Source: Actinomycetota bacterium (GTDB lineage: Bacteria > Actinomycetota > Acidimicrobiia > IMCC26256 > VFJJ01). From it: a stretch of DNA of 40,177 nt. Position 1 is the stretch's first letter. Every line of letters starts with the position of its first letter. Below, piece after piece: positions 8,083 through 18,042 of this stretch. Position numbers and translations under genes: made by a program. The DNA is taken from positions 1 to 40,177 of the forward strand of contig VFJJ01000197.1 of assembly GCA_009886115.1 (NCBI GenBank), written 5' to 3'. Under the pieces are notes generated by a model, which worked only from the letters and a program-made list of their open reading frames with translations, made no database searches and was not told where the DNA came from.

Positions 8083-9621
8083 TCAGCAGACCGTTCCGTC
8101 GGCCGGGGCCTCGAGGTCGATCAGGTAGGCGTCGACGGCATCGTCGATGCAGTCGCTCTTGCCGCCGTAGGCCGTGTGACCCTCGCCCTCATAGGTCAAC
8201 AGCACGCCCGAGGCGAGCTGCTCGGCCAGGGCCACGGCGCCCTCGTACGGCGTGGCAGGGTCGCCGGTCGTGCCCACGAGCAGGATCGGCGGCGCGCCGG
8301 GCACGGTCTCGGTGCTCGGAATGGGATCGGCTGCCGTCGGCCAACCGGTGCACGAGGCCAGCCCGAGCCCGATGAAACGGCCCCAGACCGGGTACCGAAC
8401 GGCCAGCTCATCGGCCAGGCGTTCCGCGTCGTCGTATGACGGCCGCTCGTCGCTGTCGGCGCAGTTGATCGCCACGTTGGCGTCGCTCAGATTCCCGTAC
8501 ACGCCGTCACCTTGGTAGTCGGTGAAGTCGTCCGACAGAGCGAGCAGGATCGTGCCGTCGCCACCGTCGGCTGCGTCGAGACCGAGCTCGAGGTAGTCCC
8601 ACCCGGACTCGCTGTCGTAGAGGGCGCGGAGGATGCCGATCTGGGCCTCGCCCAGGTGCAGGAGGCGGCCGTCTTCCTCGAGCAGCTCGGCGTCGGTGGG
8701 CAGGGTCTCGCCATCCTCGAGGCGGGCGAGGACGCGCTCCATCACCGCCCGGGGATCGGGGCCGATCGGGCACGATCTCCGGCTCTCACACGCGGCGAAG
8801 AAGGCCCCGGTGGCCTCCTCGAAGCTGGCGGCGTCCTGGCTCACCGAGTCGGCCGCCTCGAGCTGCGGATCGACGACCCCGTCGAGCACCAGCGCCCGGA
8901 CACGGGCGGGGAACAAGACGGCATAGGCGTAGCCCAAGGAGGTCCCGTAGGAGTATCCCAGGTACGTGAGCCTCTCGTCGCCGATCGCTTCGCGGATCCG
9001 GTCGAGGTCGCGGGCGGCGTTGTTGGTGCCCACGCTGGACAGCAGCTCTCCGGCGTTGCGCTGGCAGGCGGTCACGAACTCGTCGTGGAGCGCCCAGACC
9101 CGCTCGATCTCCTGGGGGGTGTCGGGATCGCCGTCGAAGGCGGCGGAGGTCGCCGTGTCGTCCGCGCACTCGATGGCGGTGCTCTGCCCCACGCCCCGCG
9201 GGTCGAAGCTGACGAGGTCGAAGCGGTCCTGTACCGCCTCGGGCAACGACTCGAAGCCCGACCTGAGGAACTCGACGCCGGGCGCTCCCGGACCGCCGAA
9301 GTTGATCACCAGGGAGCCGACGCGCCGACCCTCGTCCTCGGCCGGCCGCCGGGTCACGGCGATCTCGATCTCGGGCCCGTCGGGATCGGCGTAGTCGACC
9401 GGCACGAGGAGCGTGGCACAGTCGAAGTCGTCGCTCTCGCCGTTGTCGCCTTCGGGACACGGCTCCCATGCGAGCGCGATCCCGCTCGACGCCCCGGGCG
9501 AGCTGGCGGTGGTCTCGGGCTCGGCTCCTCGAGACGTGGAGTCGTCGGCGCAGCCGGCAGCCATGAGCATCAGGACGAGCGCCACCGGGAGCCCGTTGAC
9601 CAAGAATGAGCTCCGTCGCAT
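8083..9621 (-). CDS. Lipoprotein alpha/beta hydrolase, TAP-like peptidase (S33 type)
   Basis: Lipobox MAAGC after a signal peptide; NFGGPG, FDPRGVG, GYSYG, GDPATPY, GEGHTAY; RBS AGGAGG. Confidence 0.92.
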   Translation of the reverse strand: MRRSSFLVNGLPVALVLMLMAAGCADDSTSRGAEPETTASSPGASSGIALAWEPCPEGDNGESDDFDCATLLVPVDYADPDGPEIEIAVTRRPAEDEGRRVGSLVINFGGPGAPGVEFLRSGFESLPEAVQDRFDLVSFDPRGVGQSTAIECADDTATSAAFDGDPDTPQEIERVWALHDEFVTACQRNAGELLSSVGTNNAARDLDRIREAIGDERLTYLGYSYGTSLGYAYAVLFPARVRALVLDGVVDPQLEAADSVSQDAASFEEATGAFFAACESRRSCPIGPDPRAVMERVLARLEDGETLPTDAELLEEDGRLLHLGEAQIGILRALYDSESGWDYLELGLDAADGGDGTILLALSDDFTDYQGDGVYGNLSDANVAINCADSDERPSYDDAERLADELAVRYPVWGRFIGLGLASCTGWPTAADPIPSTETVPGAPPILLVGTTGDPATPYEGAVALAEQLASGVLLTYEGEGHTAYGGKSDCIDDAVDAYLIDLEAPADGTVC

Positions 9622-9674
9622 CGGTCCTCCTGTCGCGAGACGCCGGGCCCGAGCGTACGAGCGATCGAGCGTGC

Positions 9675-11807
9675 TCACCCGGCAGGGCTCGAGGTGCTCG
9701 CGGTCGGTGCACTCGTCGTCGCTGGGACCGTGGTCGTCGTCGGGTTCGAGACCGTCGAGCAGACCTCGAGCGCCAGGCTCATGCTCTCCTCGAAGTCGGC
9801 CGACGGCTGCCCGGCGACCGCGGCCGCGAGCTCGTCGATGCCGACCGCATCGCGAACCAGGTCGACGATGCACTCGGCACCGGCGCGATCGATCCGCTCG
9901 ACGGCCTGGGTGGAGGCGACGAGGCCGGCTCGGGCGACCAGGGCATCCCAGGTGGAGGTCTGCTCCTCCCGAACCGTGGGGGCCAGCCCCGTCTCGTTGC
10001 ACAGGCCCAGCGTGACGACATCGTTCTGCAGCTCGATGTCGGCCCCGGGAACGGTCTCGGCCCAGACCCTGAACGCGTCGTCGACCTCGTCGAGATCCTT
10101 GAGCGTTCGGCCGGCGACCGAGACCCTGAGGCAGGTCTCCGAACCGCGCCTGGTGAGCAGATACACGTCGCCGTCGGTGCCGGTGACCGCGGTCCAGGCC
10201 TGCTGGAAGTTGGTCCGCTCGCCGATCAGCAGGAGCAGGTGCAACACGCCGAGCCGGCCGGACGCGAGCGGGATCTCACCGGGACCGGGCGTCGGAACGT
10301 CGACTCGACGAGCCTCGTGGCCGACCAGGGCGTCCAGGGGGAACAGCAGATGATCTGTCGAATCGGGAGGATCGGCGTAGAACGCCGACAGGGCGTCGCG
10401 TCCCTCGGCTTCGAGCACCAGACCGAGCCAGTCCGATCCCAGCCTGAAGGGTGCCTCGTGGGCTGCGACCAGAGCGTCAGACGGCCCGCGTGCAGGTTCG
10501 GGGGCCATGAGGATCGCCAGCTCTGCGCTCTCGGGATCGATGTCCATGCCGATCCGGTCACCGATCTCCTGCTCGAGCGCGGAACGATCGCTCACCGACA
10601 TGTCGGCGAGCAGCGCCGCGGTGATGCGGTCGGCGTCGCCCTCGATCAGGGAACGACGGGCCACCGCCTCGTCGACGGCGAACCCGCCGTCGCCGATGTC
10701 GCTGTGCTGATCGACCAGCGCGACCAGGAGCTGGCGACCGATCGCAATGCGCCCGAGTGGCGTCACCGTCTCGCCCCGCAGATACAGCGTGTCGACGGTG
10801 ACGTCGTAGCGCGCCGCCGCGAGGGACGGGAGGACGGTGGCAGCCTCGCCGGTCGTCGATCTGAGCGATCGGGCCCCGATCCGAGATCCCGGCGTCTCGG
10901 CGGTCGAGGTCGTATCCGTCGTCGGCCCGGTCGGCGTATCCGTTGCGGGGGTTGCCTTGGACGGAGAGACGGTCGGGGGGAGCAGGCCTGCCGTCAACAG
11001 GACCGCATCCCAGGCCCGAGCCGACCGCTCGGTTGCCGCGACGGTTCCGGGCGTCTCGACCGGGGGGTCGGCCCCATCGTCGGCGTCATCGGTCGCCCAG
11101 CCCTGGTCGACTCTTTGATCGAACTCGATCTCGGTGAGGACCTCGACGTCGACGGGGAACTGGAACGTCAGGCCCCGGGTGTTCTCGACGGCCCGGGCGA
11201 TCGACGCGATGCGGCCATCCCATTCGATCTCGATGGGTGCCAGGGTGGCGAGGTTGCTCGGCACCTGGTCGCCCGACACGGGCTGTCGTCCGATGGCGAG
11301 ATAGACGACGCCGATCACCGACACCGTCGCCAGGGCGAGGAGCACGCGAAACGTGGCCGACGACGAAGAGCTGAGGATGGCTTGCAGCGTCACCGCCTCG
11401 GCCGCCTCGGCCCTTCTCGTGGCTCGTGTCGCGACCTCGCGACCGCCGCCCAGCTCCGACGAGTCGACCTCCGGCTCGAGCTCCCACACGAGCTTGTCGT
11501 CGAGGTCGACGTTCTCGGCGTGGAGATCGACGGGGCCGGCATGATCCAGCGAGGGTCGACCCAGGGCGGCCCCGAGCGCTCCACGGCCGACCGTCGCGGC
11601 CGATCGGTCGGTGGGGTTCCTGGCCTGGTCGCCGGTGTCGGAACCCGGCTCGGCCACCCGACAGCTCCAACAGCTCGGCTCGGCGAAGTGCACCCTGCTT
11701 CCGCACGCGAAGCAGGTGGTCATCAGCGACGCTCGACACGACGGGCAGTTGTTGTCGAGCAGGGGTGCGGGCTTGCCGCAGCGCGGGCAGCTCGGATCGA
11801 CCCTCAT
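9675..11807 (-). CDS. Double zinc-ribbon membrane protein with an extracellular degenerate metallopeptidase-like domain (paralogue B, 710 aa)
   Basis: Four CxxC pairs (CPRC, CPSC, CFAC, CWSC), one TM helix (VLLALATVSVIGVVYLAI), then WDGRI..VENTRGLTFQFPV, RQLLVALVDQH and SLIEGDA. ATGA overlap with the upstream gene. Confidence 0.75.
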   Translation of the reverse strand: MRVDPSCPRCGKPAPLLDNNCPSCRASLMTTCFACGSRVHFAEPSCWSCRVAEPGSDTGDQARNPTDRSAATVGRGALGAALGRPSLDHAGPVDLHAENVDLDDKLVWELEPEVDSSELGGGREVATRATRRAEAAEAVTLQAILSSSSSATFRVLLALATVSVIGVVYLAIGRQPVSGDQVPSNLATLAPIEIEWDGRIASIARAVENTRGLTFQFPVDVEVLTEIEFDQRVDQGWATDDADDGADPPVETPGTVAATERSARAWDAVLLTAGLLPPTVSPSKATPATDTPTGPTTDTTSTAETPGSRIGARSLRSTTGEAATVLPSLAAARYDVTVDTLYLRGETVTPLGRIAIGRQLLVALVDQHSDIGDGGFAVDEAVARRSLIEGDADRITAALLADMSVSDRSALEQEIGDRIGMDIDPESAELAILMAPEPARGPSDALVAAHEAPFRLGSDWLGLVLEAEGRDALSAFYADPPDSTDHLLFPLDALVGHEARRVDVPTPGPGEIPLASGRLGVLHLLLLIGERTNFQQAWTAVTGTDGDVYLLTRRGSETCLRVSVAGRTLKDLDEVDDAFRVWAETVPGADIELQNDVVTLGLCNETGLAPTVREEQTSTWDALVARAGLVASTQAVERIDRAGAECIVDLVRDAVGIDELAAAVAGQPSADFEESMSLALEVCSTVSNPTTTTVPATTSAPTASTSSPAG

Positions 11808-13744
11808 GGGGCCGCGTCCGCCACGCTCCCGACGGCGTTCTGCGCGGGGTAGAGGGAGTTCAGCGCCGGGTAGTAGCCAGCGCATGCCGCCACGGCTTGC
11901 GCGAAGGTCGGCGTGTCGAGCATCGAGCCGGTCGTCGTCTCGGCCACCGCAGCGTCGACCAGGCCGTCGTTTCCGAGTTGCGCCCGCATGCTGTCGACAA
12001 CGCAGAACCCCGCGTCGGCGTCGACCCCGAGGGTGATCACCGCGCCCAGCGCCTGCGCCCGGGCCATCTGGACGAGCCCGGCCGACCACCGCTCGGTCCT
12101 GGTGGTCTGCGAGTTCGTCGCCGCGCCGGTCGCCTCCAGCATCGCTGTCGTCGTCGTCGTCGATTGAACGGCCCCCGAGGGAGCGATCCCCGTCGTGGTC
12201 GCGGCTGACGGGGTGTCGATGGTCGCGGCCGAGCAGGTGTGCAACGAGATCGACGCGGGCTTCGAGACCACCGTGGCGTTCGGCAGACCCGCCGCCCAGC
12301 GCTCGAACACGTCGAGCACGACCCCAGGGGCCGTTGCCGCGTCGAGGGCGACCGTGAGATCGAGGCAGACCTGCTCGGAGGTGCGACTCACGAGATACCG
12401 ATCGTTGCGCCACTCGGCCGCGGCGGCGAGGCTGGGGTCGAAGTCGAGGCGTTCACCGAGGAGCACCAGCAGGTGCAACGCCCCGAGTCGGCCCTGGGCC
12501 ACCACGTCGAACCCGCTGGCCGGCGAAGGCGATTCGATGGACGGACGGGTGTTGGTCCGGCCCGGGGAGAGCAGCTCGATCTCGCCGGGCGCGGCAACGG
12601 CGAAGAGCTCGCCGACGGAGAGATCGTCACCTCCCCGGTCCCTGAGCTCCAAGGCCAGCCAACCGTCATGCGCCGTCGTGCCCAGGAGATACGACGCCGC
12701 GCCGAAGCCCTGCGTGTCCAGGAGCAGACGCCGGGTGGCCACCTCGTCGTGCTGCGCCGTGGCGTGTTCATCGCGCTCGACCCCGACCAGCTCGGCGACG
12801 TATCGATCGACGATCGCGCTGCGCGCCGACGCGATCCGCGCCGCCCAGCCCGTGACGGCCTCGAGCTCAGCGGCTTCCGGGGCGCTCACGTCGAGGTGCT
12901 GGGCCAGCAGCGCCACCGTGAGCTGGCCCACGAGCTCCGCGCGGACGTCGGTCCCGGCTCCCGTCGCCGAGATGTACACGACTCGCTCGCCGTTGTCGTA
13001 GGCCACCCGGCTGGCGACGACGGAAGCCAATGAGGCCGTCGGCGCGTCGTCGTGGACCCCCGCTGCCGCCCCGACCGAGCTCCACACGGCGCCCGACGCG
13101 TCGAGTGCTGCGACGAGCAGGTCGTTGTCGCGATGCGCGACGAACTCGGGATCGTCGAAGACCACGGTCACGGGTTCCCGGAACTCGAGCCCGACCTCGT
13201 TCTCGACGAAGGCGACGAGATCGGTGACGCGGGGGTCCCACCTGGGCTCCTCGGCCGATGTCGTCTCTCGACCGTCCGCTGACGGGCCGCCGTCGCGTCC
13301 CTGGGTGACCAAGAAGGCGCTGCCCGCACCGGCGGCGAGCGCCAGCACCGTCAGGATCTTCACGGCCGAGCGGGAAGCGCCGGAGCGCGCCGTGGACGAC
13401 GAGAGGAAGGCTGGCAGCGCGGCGTCGGTGCGGGCGGCGCCTGTCGCCCGTCCGTTCCGGTGCTTGCGGCCGCGCGCGGACTGCTCGGCGTCGGAGCTCC
13501 CACCATCGGCTCCGGTTTCGCCGCTCGGGTCGACGTCGGGTACGGGCTCGCCATCGCGTAGCGATGACGGGTGACCGGCAGCCGGGTGCTCGACCCGACA
13601 GTTCCAGCACACCCCCTCGGCCAGGTGGACGGCGGCACGACATCGGCGACACGCTGTCATGAGCGACGCTTGGCACTCGGGGCATTTGTTCTCGAGCAAC
13701 GGCGCCGACCCGCTGCAGCGGGGGCAGACCGCCTCGATCTTCAT
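11804..13744 (-). CDS. Double zinc-ribbon membrane protein with an extracellular degenerate metallopeptidase-like domain (paralogue A, 646 aa)
   Basis: CPRC, CPEC, CRRC, CWNC; TM ILTVLALAAGAGSAFLV; WDPRV..VENEVGLEFREPV; GQLTVALLAQH. Shares GRLG.LHLL.L.GER with paralogue B. Confidence 0.75.
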   Translation of the reverse strand: MKIEAVCPRCSGSAPLLENKCPECQASLMTACRRCRAAVHLAEGVCWNCRVEHPAAGHPSSLRDGEPVPDVDPSGETGADGGSSDAEQSARGRKHRNGRATGAARTDAALPAFLSSSTARSGASRSAVKILTVLALAAGAGSAFLVTQGRDGGPSADGRETTSAEEPRWDPRVTDLVAFVENEVGLEFREPVTVVFDDPEFVAHRDNDLLVAALDASGAVWSSVGAAAGVHDDAPTASLASVVASRVAYDNGERVVYISATGAGTDVRAELVGQLTVALLAQHLDVSAPEAAELEAVTGWAARIASARSAIVDRYVAELVGVERDEHATAQHDEVATRRLLLDTQGFGAASYLLGTTAHDGWLALELRDRGGDDLSVGELFAVAAPGEIELLSPGRTNTRPSIESPSPASGFDVVAQGRLGALHLLVLLGERLDFDPSLAAAAEWRNDRYLVSRTSEQVCLDLTVALDAATAPGVVLDVFERWAAGLPNATVVSKPASISLHTCSAATIDTPSAATTTGIAPSGAVQSTTTTTAMLEATGAATNSQTTRTERWSAGLVQMARAQALGAVITLGVDADAGFCVVDSMRAQLGNDGLVDAAVAETTTGSMLDTPTFAQAVAACAGYYPALNSLYPAQNAVGSVADAAP

Positions 13745-13984
13745 TGCGCTCTCCCTGGCCGCACCCGTGATCGGTCCCGCCGCGACGAACCATGCCGCCT
13801 GGCGTGGACTGATCTCCTCCTCGGAGATTCGACCGGCTCAGGGCCTCGCTTGAGCAGTTCAGCTCGGGCGGGCCACCGGTCCGCACCTTCGCGTGAACGC
13901 GAGGAGGGTCCGAGGTTTGGGCAAAGACCCGAGATCGCTCCGGGGCCACTGCGCTTCGCGGCGTTTCGACCCGTATCGACGAAT

Positions 13985-14020
13985 TGTCAAAAGGTTTTCA
14001 ACAGGTCGCCCTTCTACGAT
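13985..14020 (+). promoter_or_regulatory. Tandem 11-bp direct repeat plus -10 box upstream of multicopper oxidase 1
   Basis: TGTCAAAAGGT-TTTCAACAGGT-N8-TACGAT; the same architecture recurs at 15677-15712. Confidence 0.65.
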
Positions 14021-14056
14021 CCCGGGACTGTTCGAACCGAACTCCAGGGGTGGGGA

Positions 14057-15637
14057 ATGGCGCTCACACGGCGCGAGATGTTGAAGTTGGGGATTGCCGG
14101 GTCGGCGGCGGTGGCGCTGCCGCTCCAGCGAGTGGTGAGCGGCGCTGTGGCCCAGACCCGGATCGCCGAGAGCAGCTTGCCGGCGCCGTTCACCGTCCCG
14201 TTCGCGGTCCCGCCGGTCATCACCCCGCACCGAACCGACGCCACCACCGACTACTACATGCTCACGCAGAAGCAGTCGACGGTTCAGATCCTCCCGGGCA
14301 TCAACACGCCCGTCTGGGGTTACAACGGCATCGTCCCCGGCCCGACGATCGACGTGCAGCAGGGTCGCCAGGTGCTCATCCGCCAGGTCAACAAGCTCCC
14401 GGACCGTCACCCCATCGCCGGGTACCAGCCCTGGACCTCGACGCACCTCCACGGCTCGCCGTCGTTGCCGCAGTTCGACGGCTACGCCAGCGACATCACC
14501 CGGCCGGGACAGTACAAGGATTATCGCTATTCCAACACCGAGAGTGCCCGTACGCTCTGGTACCACGATCACGGGGTGCACCACACGGCTGAGAACGCCT
14601 ACATGGGGCTGGCGGCGTTCTACCGGCTGCACGATCCCCTCGAGGTGTCGTTGCCGATCCCCAAGGGGAACTACGACATCCCGTTGATGATCCACGACGC
14701 CATGTTCGCCACCGACGGGCAACTCATCGGTGACGACCACGATCATTCGGGCATCATGGGCGACGTCATCCTCGTGAACGGCCGCCCGTGGCCCGTGATG
14801 CAGGTCGAGCAGCGCAAGTACCGGTTCAGGATCCTGGTCGGGAGCATGTCGCGCTCGTACCGGTTGAAGCTCGACAGCGGCCAGATGATGACGGTGATCG
14901 CCGGCGATGGCGGGTTCATGCCGGTACCGCAGCCTGTCAGTGTGCTGCGGACGGGCATGGCCGAGCGCTACGAGGTGATCATCGACTTCGCCAACATCCC
15001 GATCGGCCAGCGGGTCGTGATGCGCAACCTCCCTCGCAGCGACAGCGACGACAACAACATCTCCTACACCCACACCGACAAGGTCATGGCCTTCGATGTC
15101 GTTGCACCGTCGTCGAGCTCAGCGAACAACGAGATCCCGGCGGTGCTCGACCCGAACAACCCGGTCATGGCCCTCCAACCGGCCCAAGCCGTCGCCCGTC
15201 GAACCATGAAGCTCGACCGCTCCAAGGGCCAGTGGACGATCAACGGCACATCGTGGGCTGACGTGGTCGCCAGCGGATACAAGAAGGTGATGGCCAACCC
15301 CAAGCTGAACGACATCGAGATCTGGACGATCGAGAACGCGAGTGGCGGCTGGTTCCACCCGCTGCACATCCATCTCGTCGACTTCAAGATCCTCGACCGC
15401 AACGGCTTGCCCCCGCTGCCCCAGGAGCTGGGCCCCAAGGATGTTGTCTACGTCGGCGAGAACGAGACGGTACGGCTGATCATGCGCTTCGGCCCGCACC
15501 TCGGGAAGTACATGATCCACTGCCACAACATGGTCCATGAAGACCACGACATGATGACCCAGTTCGAGGTGGGCACCGGCGGACCCGACCCCATCCGGGC
15601 CGCTCTTCCCAAGTGGGGCTCGCCCCCTGCCCCATGA
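14057..15637 (+). CDS. Multicopper oxidase 1 (CotA/bilirubin oxidase-like), Tat-exported, 526 aa
   Basis: Tat motif TRREMLK; all four copper-binding motifs: THLHG, WYHDH, HPLHIHL, HCHNMVHEDHDMM. Confidence 0.95.
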   Translation: MALTRREMLKLGIAGSAAVALPLQRVVSGAVAQTRIAESSLPAPFTVPFAVPPVITPHRTDATTDYYMLTQKQSTVQILPGINTPVWGYNGIVPGPTIDVQQGRQVLIRQVNKLPDRHPIAGYQPWTSTHLHGSPSLPQFDGYASDITRPGQYKDYRYSNTESARTLWYHDHGVHHTAENAYMGLAAFYRLHDPLEVSLPIPKGNYDIPLMIHDAMFATDGQLIGDDHDHSGIMGDVILVNGRPWPVMQVEQRKYRFRILVGSMSRSYRLKLDSGQMMTVIAGDGGFMPVPQPVSVLRTGMAERYEVIIDFANIPIGQRVVMRNLPRSDSDDNNISYTHTDKVMAFDVVAPSSSSANNEIPAVLDPNNPVMALQPAQAVARRTMKLDRSKGQWTINGTSWADVVASGYKKVMANPKLNDIEIWTIENASGGWFHPLHIHLVDFKILDRNGLPPLPQELGPKDVVYVGENETVRLIMRFGPHLGKYMIHCHNMVHEDHDMMTQFEVGTGGPDPIRAALPKWGSPPAP

Positions 15638-15676
15638 GGTTTGGTCCCTCACCGCGCTTCGCCCGATTCGCGGGGA

Positions 15677-15712
15677 TGCCAAAAGGCTGCTCAAAGGTCC
15701 CATTTGTACGTT
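15677..15712 (+). promoter_or_regulatory. Tandem 11-bp direct repeat plus -10 box upstream of multicopper oxidase 2
   Basis: TGCCAAAAGGC-TGCTCAAAGGT-N8-TACGTT, matching 13985-14020 in sequence and spacing. Confidence 0.65.
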
Positions 15713-15801
15713 CGCCTACGCAACGTTGGTGGGAGTCCCATCCGAGGGCCGGGTTCGCGCCCTGGACCATTCGAGATAGGTGACGAGCGAGGAGCGGTCA
15801 C

Positions 15802-18006
15802 ATGACTGACGAGCTCGAAGGCGACATCTTGGAATCCGAAAGTGAGGGCACGATTCCGCGCCGAGCCCTCCTGAAGCTCGGCGTGGCGGGGGCTGCGGCG
15901 CTCGCGCTCGGGAGTGCCGGGTCCCTGATCGTGCCGGACCTACGCCGTAGGGGCCTGTTGTCCGCCAACGGAGTGTTCGACGCGGCCTCGATCGCGTGGG
16001 CCGATACTCTGTACAAGGAGCTCTTCCCCACGAGCCCCCTGATCGTGTCGCCCTTCCAGGACGAGCTGCCCATTCCCAGGGCACTGGCGCCCACCCCGAT
16101 GTCGGAGTACAGCTCCTGGAAGACACCGCCGGGACCCGGAAACGGCCAGCAATCGGCATACGGCAACGACAGGCATCAGATCTGGCCGAGCACCGTTGGT
16201 TATCCCGACCCGATCGTGTACCAGATCAAGGTGCAGGTGAACACGCATGCGTTCACCACGTCTCAGGTACTCCCGATCGACTCGAAGGGGCTCCCGTCGA
16301 TCTCGTTCGACGCGACCGGCAAGAGATATCCCGCGGGGACGCGACGGGCGCTGCCACCCAGCACGATCTATGGATTCAATGGGACCTTCCCCGGCCCCAT
16401 GATCAACGCCGAGTACGGCAAGCCCGTGCTGCTCCGGTTCCAGAACGAGTTGGATGAGAACCCCCTCGACCTCGACCGCCAGGACTTCGGCTCGCCCGAC
16501 TGGTCATTCCTGACCCACCTCCACAACGGGCACACGGCTCCCGAGAGCGACGGCAACCCGCACTACGCCATGAACTACGGCCCACGGGATCGCGGGTACG
16601 CCCCCCAGATGTGGGTCGACAACCTCTATCTCAACTGGCCCGCGGGTGGCGATTCCCGCGAGAAGCAGAGCTTCTTCTGGATGCACGACCACACCATGGA
16701 CCACACTGGCGCCAACGTCTACAAGGGCATGGTTGGCCTGTACCCGATCTATGATCCCGCGCAGAACCTGGACGCGGGCGACGAGACAATGGGCTACCGG
16801 TTACCCGGCGTCCGAACGAACAACCCGGACGGGTCGTTCGACGTCGAGTACGACATCCCGCTGGCGATCTACGACTGCCGCCTCGACGACGGGGTCACCA
16901 AGCACCTGGACATCCACGACGGGATGGGCGAGTACCCCGAGGCGAAGAACCCGCGCACCCATCCGGAGTGGTGGGGCAAGACGTTCTACAAGCACTTCCC
17001 CAACCACGGCTTCGTGGGTGACATCTTCACGGTCAACGGGACGGCTTACCCGGTGCTGGAGGTCAAGCGGCGCAAGTACCGCTTCCGGTTCCTCGACGCG
17101 TCCGTCGCCCGTATTTACGAGTTCAAGCTGATGAGCTCGACACAGGGGCCGAAGACGGCCACGTCGCTCGGCTACACGGGAACCGAGCTCCAGGGTCAGT
17201 ACCGCATCCCCGACGCGCAGCAGTGCATGCAGTTCACCCAGATTGCCACTGACGGTGGCCTCATCCCGTTCCCGATAACACGCGACTCGTTCGAGCTCTG
17301 GCCCGCCAAACGCCGCGAGTTCATCGTCGATTTCACGAAATATCAGGATGGCACGCCGACCACGAAGGGCGACGTGATCTACCTGACCAACGTGATGAAG
17401 ATGCCCGACGGACGCATGTGGACGAACTCGTCGAGATCCCTTCCGGACCCGAACTACAAGATACCGGTCCTGAAGATCGTGATCGGCGACGACGCCCCAG
17501 ATGACAGCCAGATCCCCACCGCGCTTCGCCCCCTGCCGGATGTACCAGCGAACTGGCAATCGATGCTCGACAATCGCACGATCTTCGAGGTGAAGCGCGG
17601 CAGCCTGGGTGGTGAGATCGAGTGGCTGATCAACGGCAAGCCATTCGATCCGGCACAAGTGGCGACGAGCCTGAGGAATCCCGCAGGCAGGTCGCCGCTC
17701 GCACAGCAGCGGATGGGGAGCTACAACCTCTGGGAGCTGCGCAACGGTGGTGGCGGGTGGGTGCATCCATTCCACCTGCACATGGAGGAGCATCGCACGC
17801 TCATGCGCAACGGGAAGGTCGTGAAACCGGGTGACGCGGCGCACCCCGACGACATCTCCAAGGAGGATCTCGTGGCGTTGGATCCCGGTGAGTCGGTGAT
17901 CATCGGCCGATACTTCCGAGACTTCATCGGTCCCTATGTTGGCCATTGCCACAACCTCGCGCACGAGGACCACGCCATGATGTTCGGCTGGGAGATCGTG
18001 CCGTAG
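15802..18006 (+). CDS. Large multicopper oxidase 2, Tat-exported, 734 aa
   Basis: Tat motif PRRALLK; THLHNGH, WMHDH, HPFHLH, HCHNLAHEDHAMM; RBS GAGGAG. Confidence 0.95.
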   Translation: MTDELEGDILESESEGTIPRRALLKLGVAGAAALALGSAGSLIVPDLRRRGLLSANGVFDAASIAWADTLYKELFPTSPLIVSPFQDELPIPRALAPTPMSEYSSWKTPPGPGNGQQSAYGNDRHQIWPSTVGYPDPIVYQIKVQVNTHAFTTSQVLPIDSKGLPSISFDATGKRYPAGTRRALPPSTIYGFNGTFPGPMINAEYGKPVLLRFQNELDENPLDLDRQDFGSPDWSFLTHLHNGHTAPESDGNPHYAMNYGPRDRGYAPQMWVDNLYLNWPAGGDSREKQSFFWMHDHTMDHTGANVYKGMVGLYPIYDPAQNLDAGDETMGYRLPGVRTNNPDGSFDVEYDIPLAIYDCRLDDGVTKHLDIHDGMGEYPEAKNPRTHPEWWGKTFYKHFPNHGFVGDIFTVNGTAYPVLEVKRRKYRFRFLDASVARIYEFKLMSSTQGPKTATSLGYTGTELQGQYRIPDAQQCMQFTQIATDGGLIPFPITRDSFELWPAKRREFIVDFTKYQDGTPTTKGDVIYLTNVMKMPDGRMWTNSSRSLPDPNYKIPVLKIVIGDDAPDDSQIPTALRPLPDVPANWQSMLDNRTIFEVKRGSLGGEIEWLINGKPFDPAQVATSLRNPAGRSPLAQQRMGSYNLWELRNGGGGWVHPFHLHMEEHRTLMRNGKVVKPGDAAHPDDISKEDLVALDPGESVIIGRYFRDFIGPYVGHCHNLAHEDHAMMFGWEIVP

Positions 18007-18042
18007 ATGTTGGTTCATTTCCAGACGAGGAGTTCCAAGATA

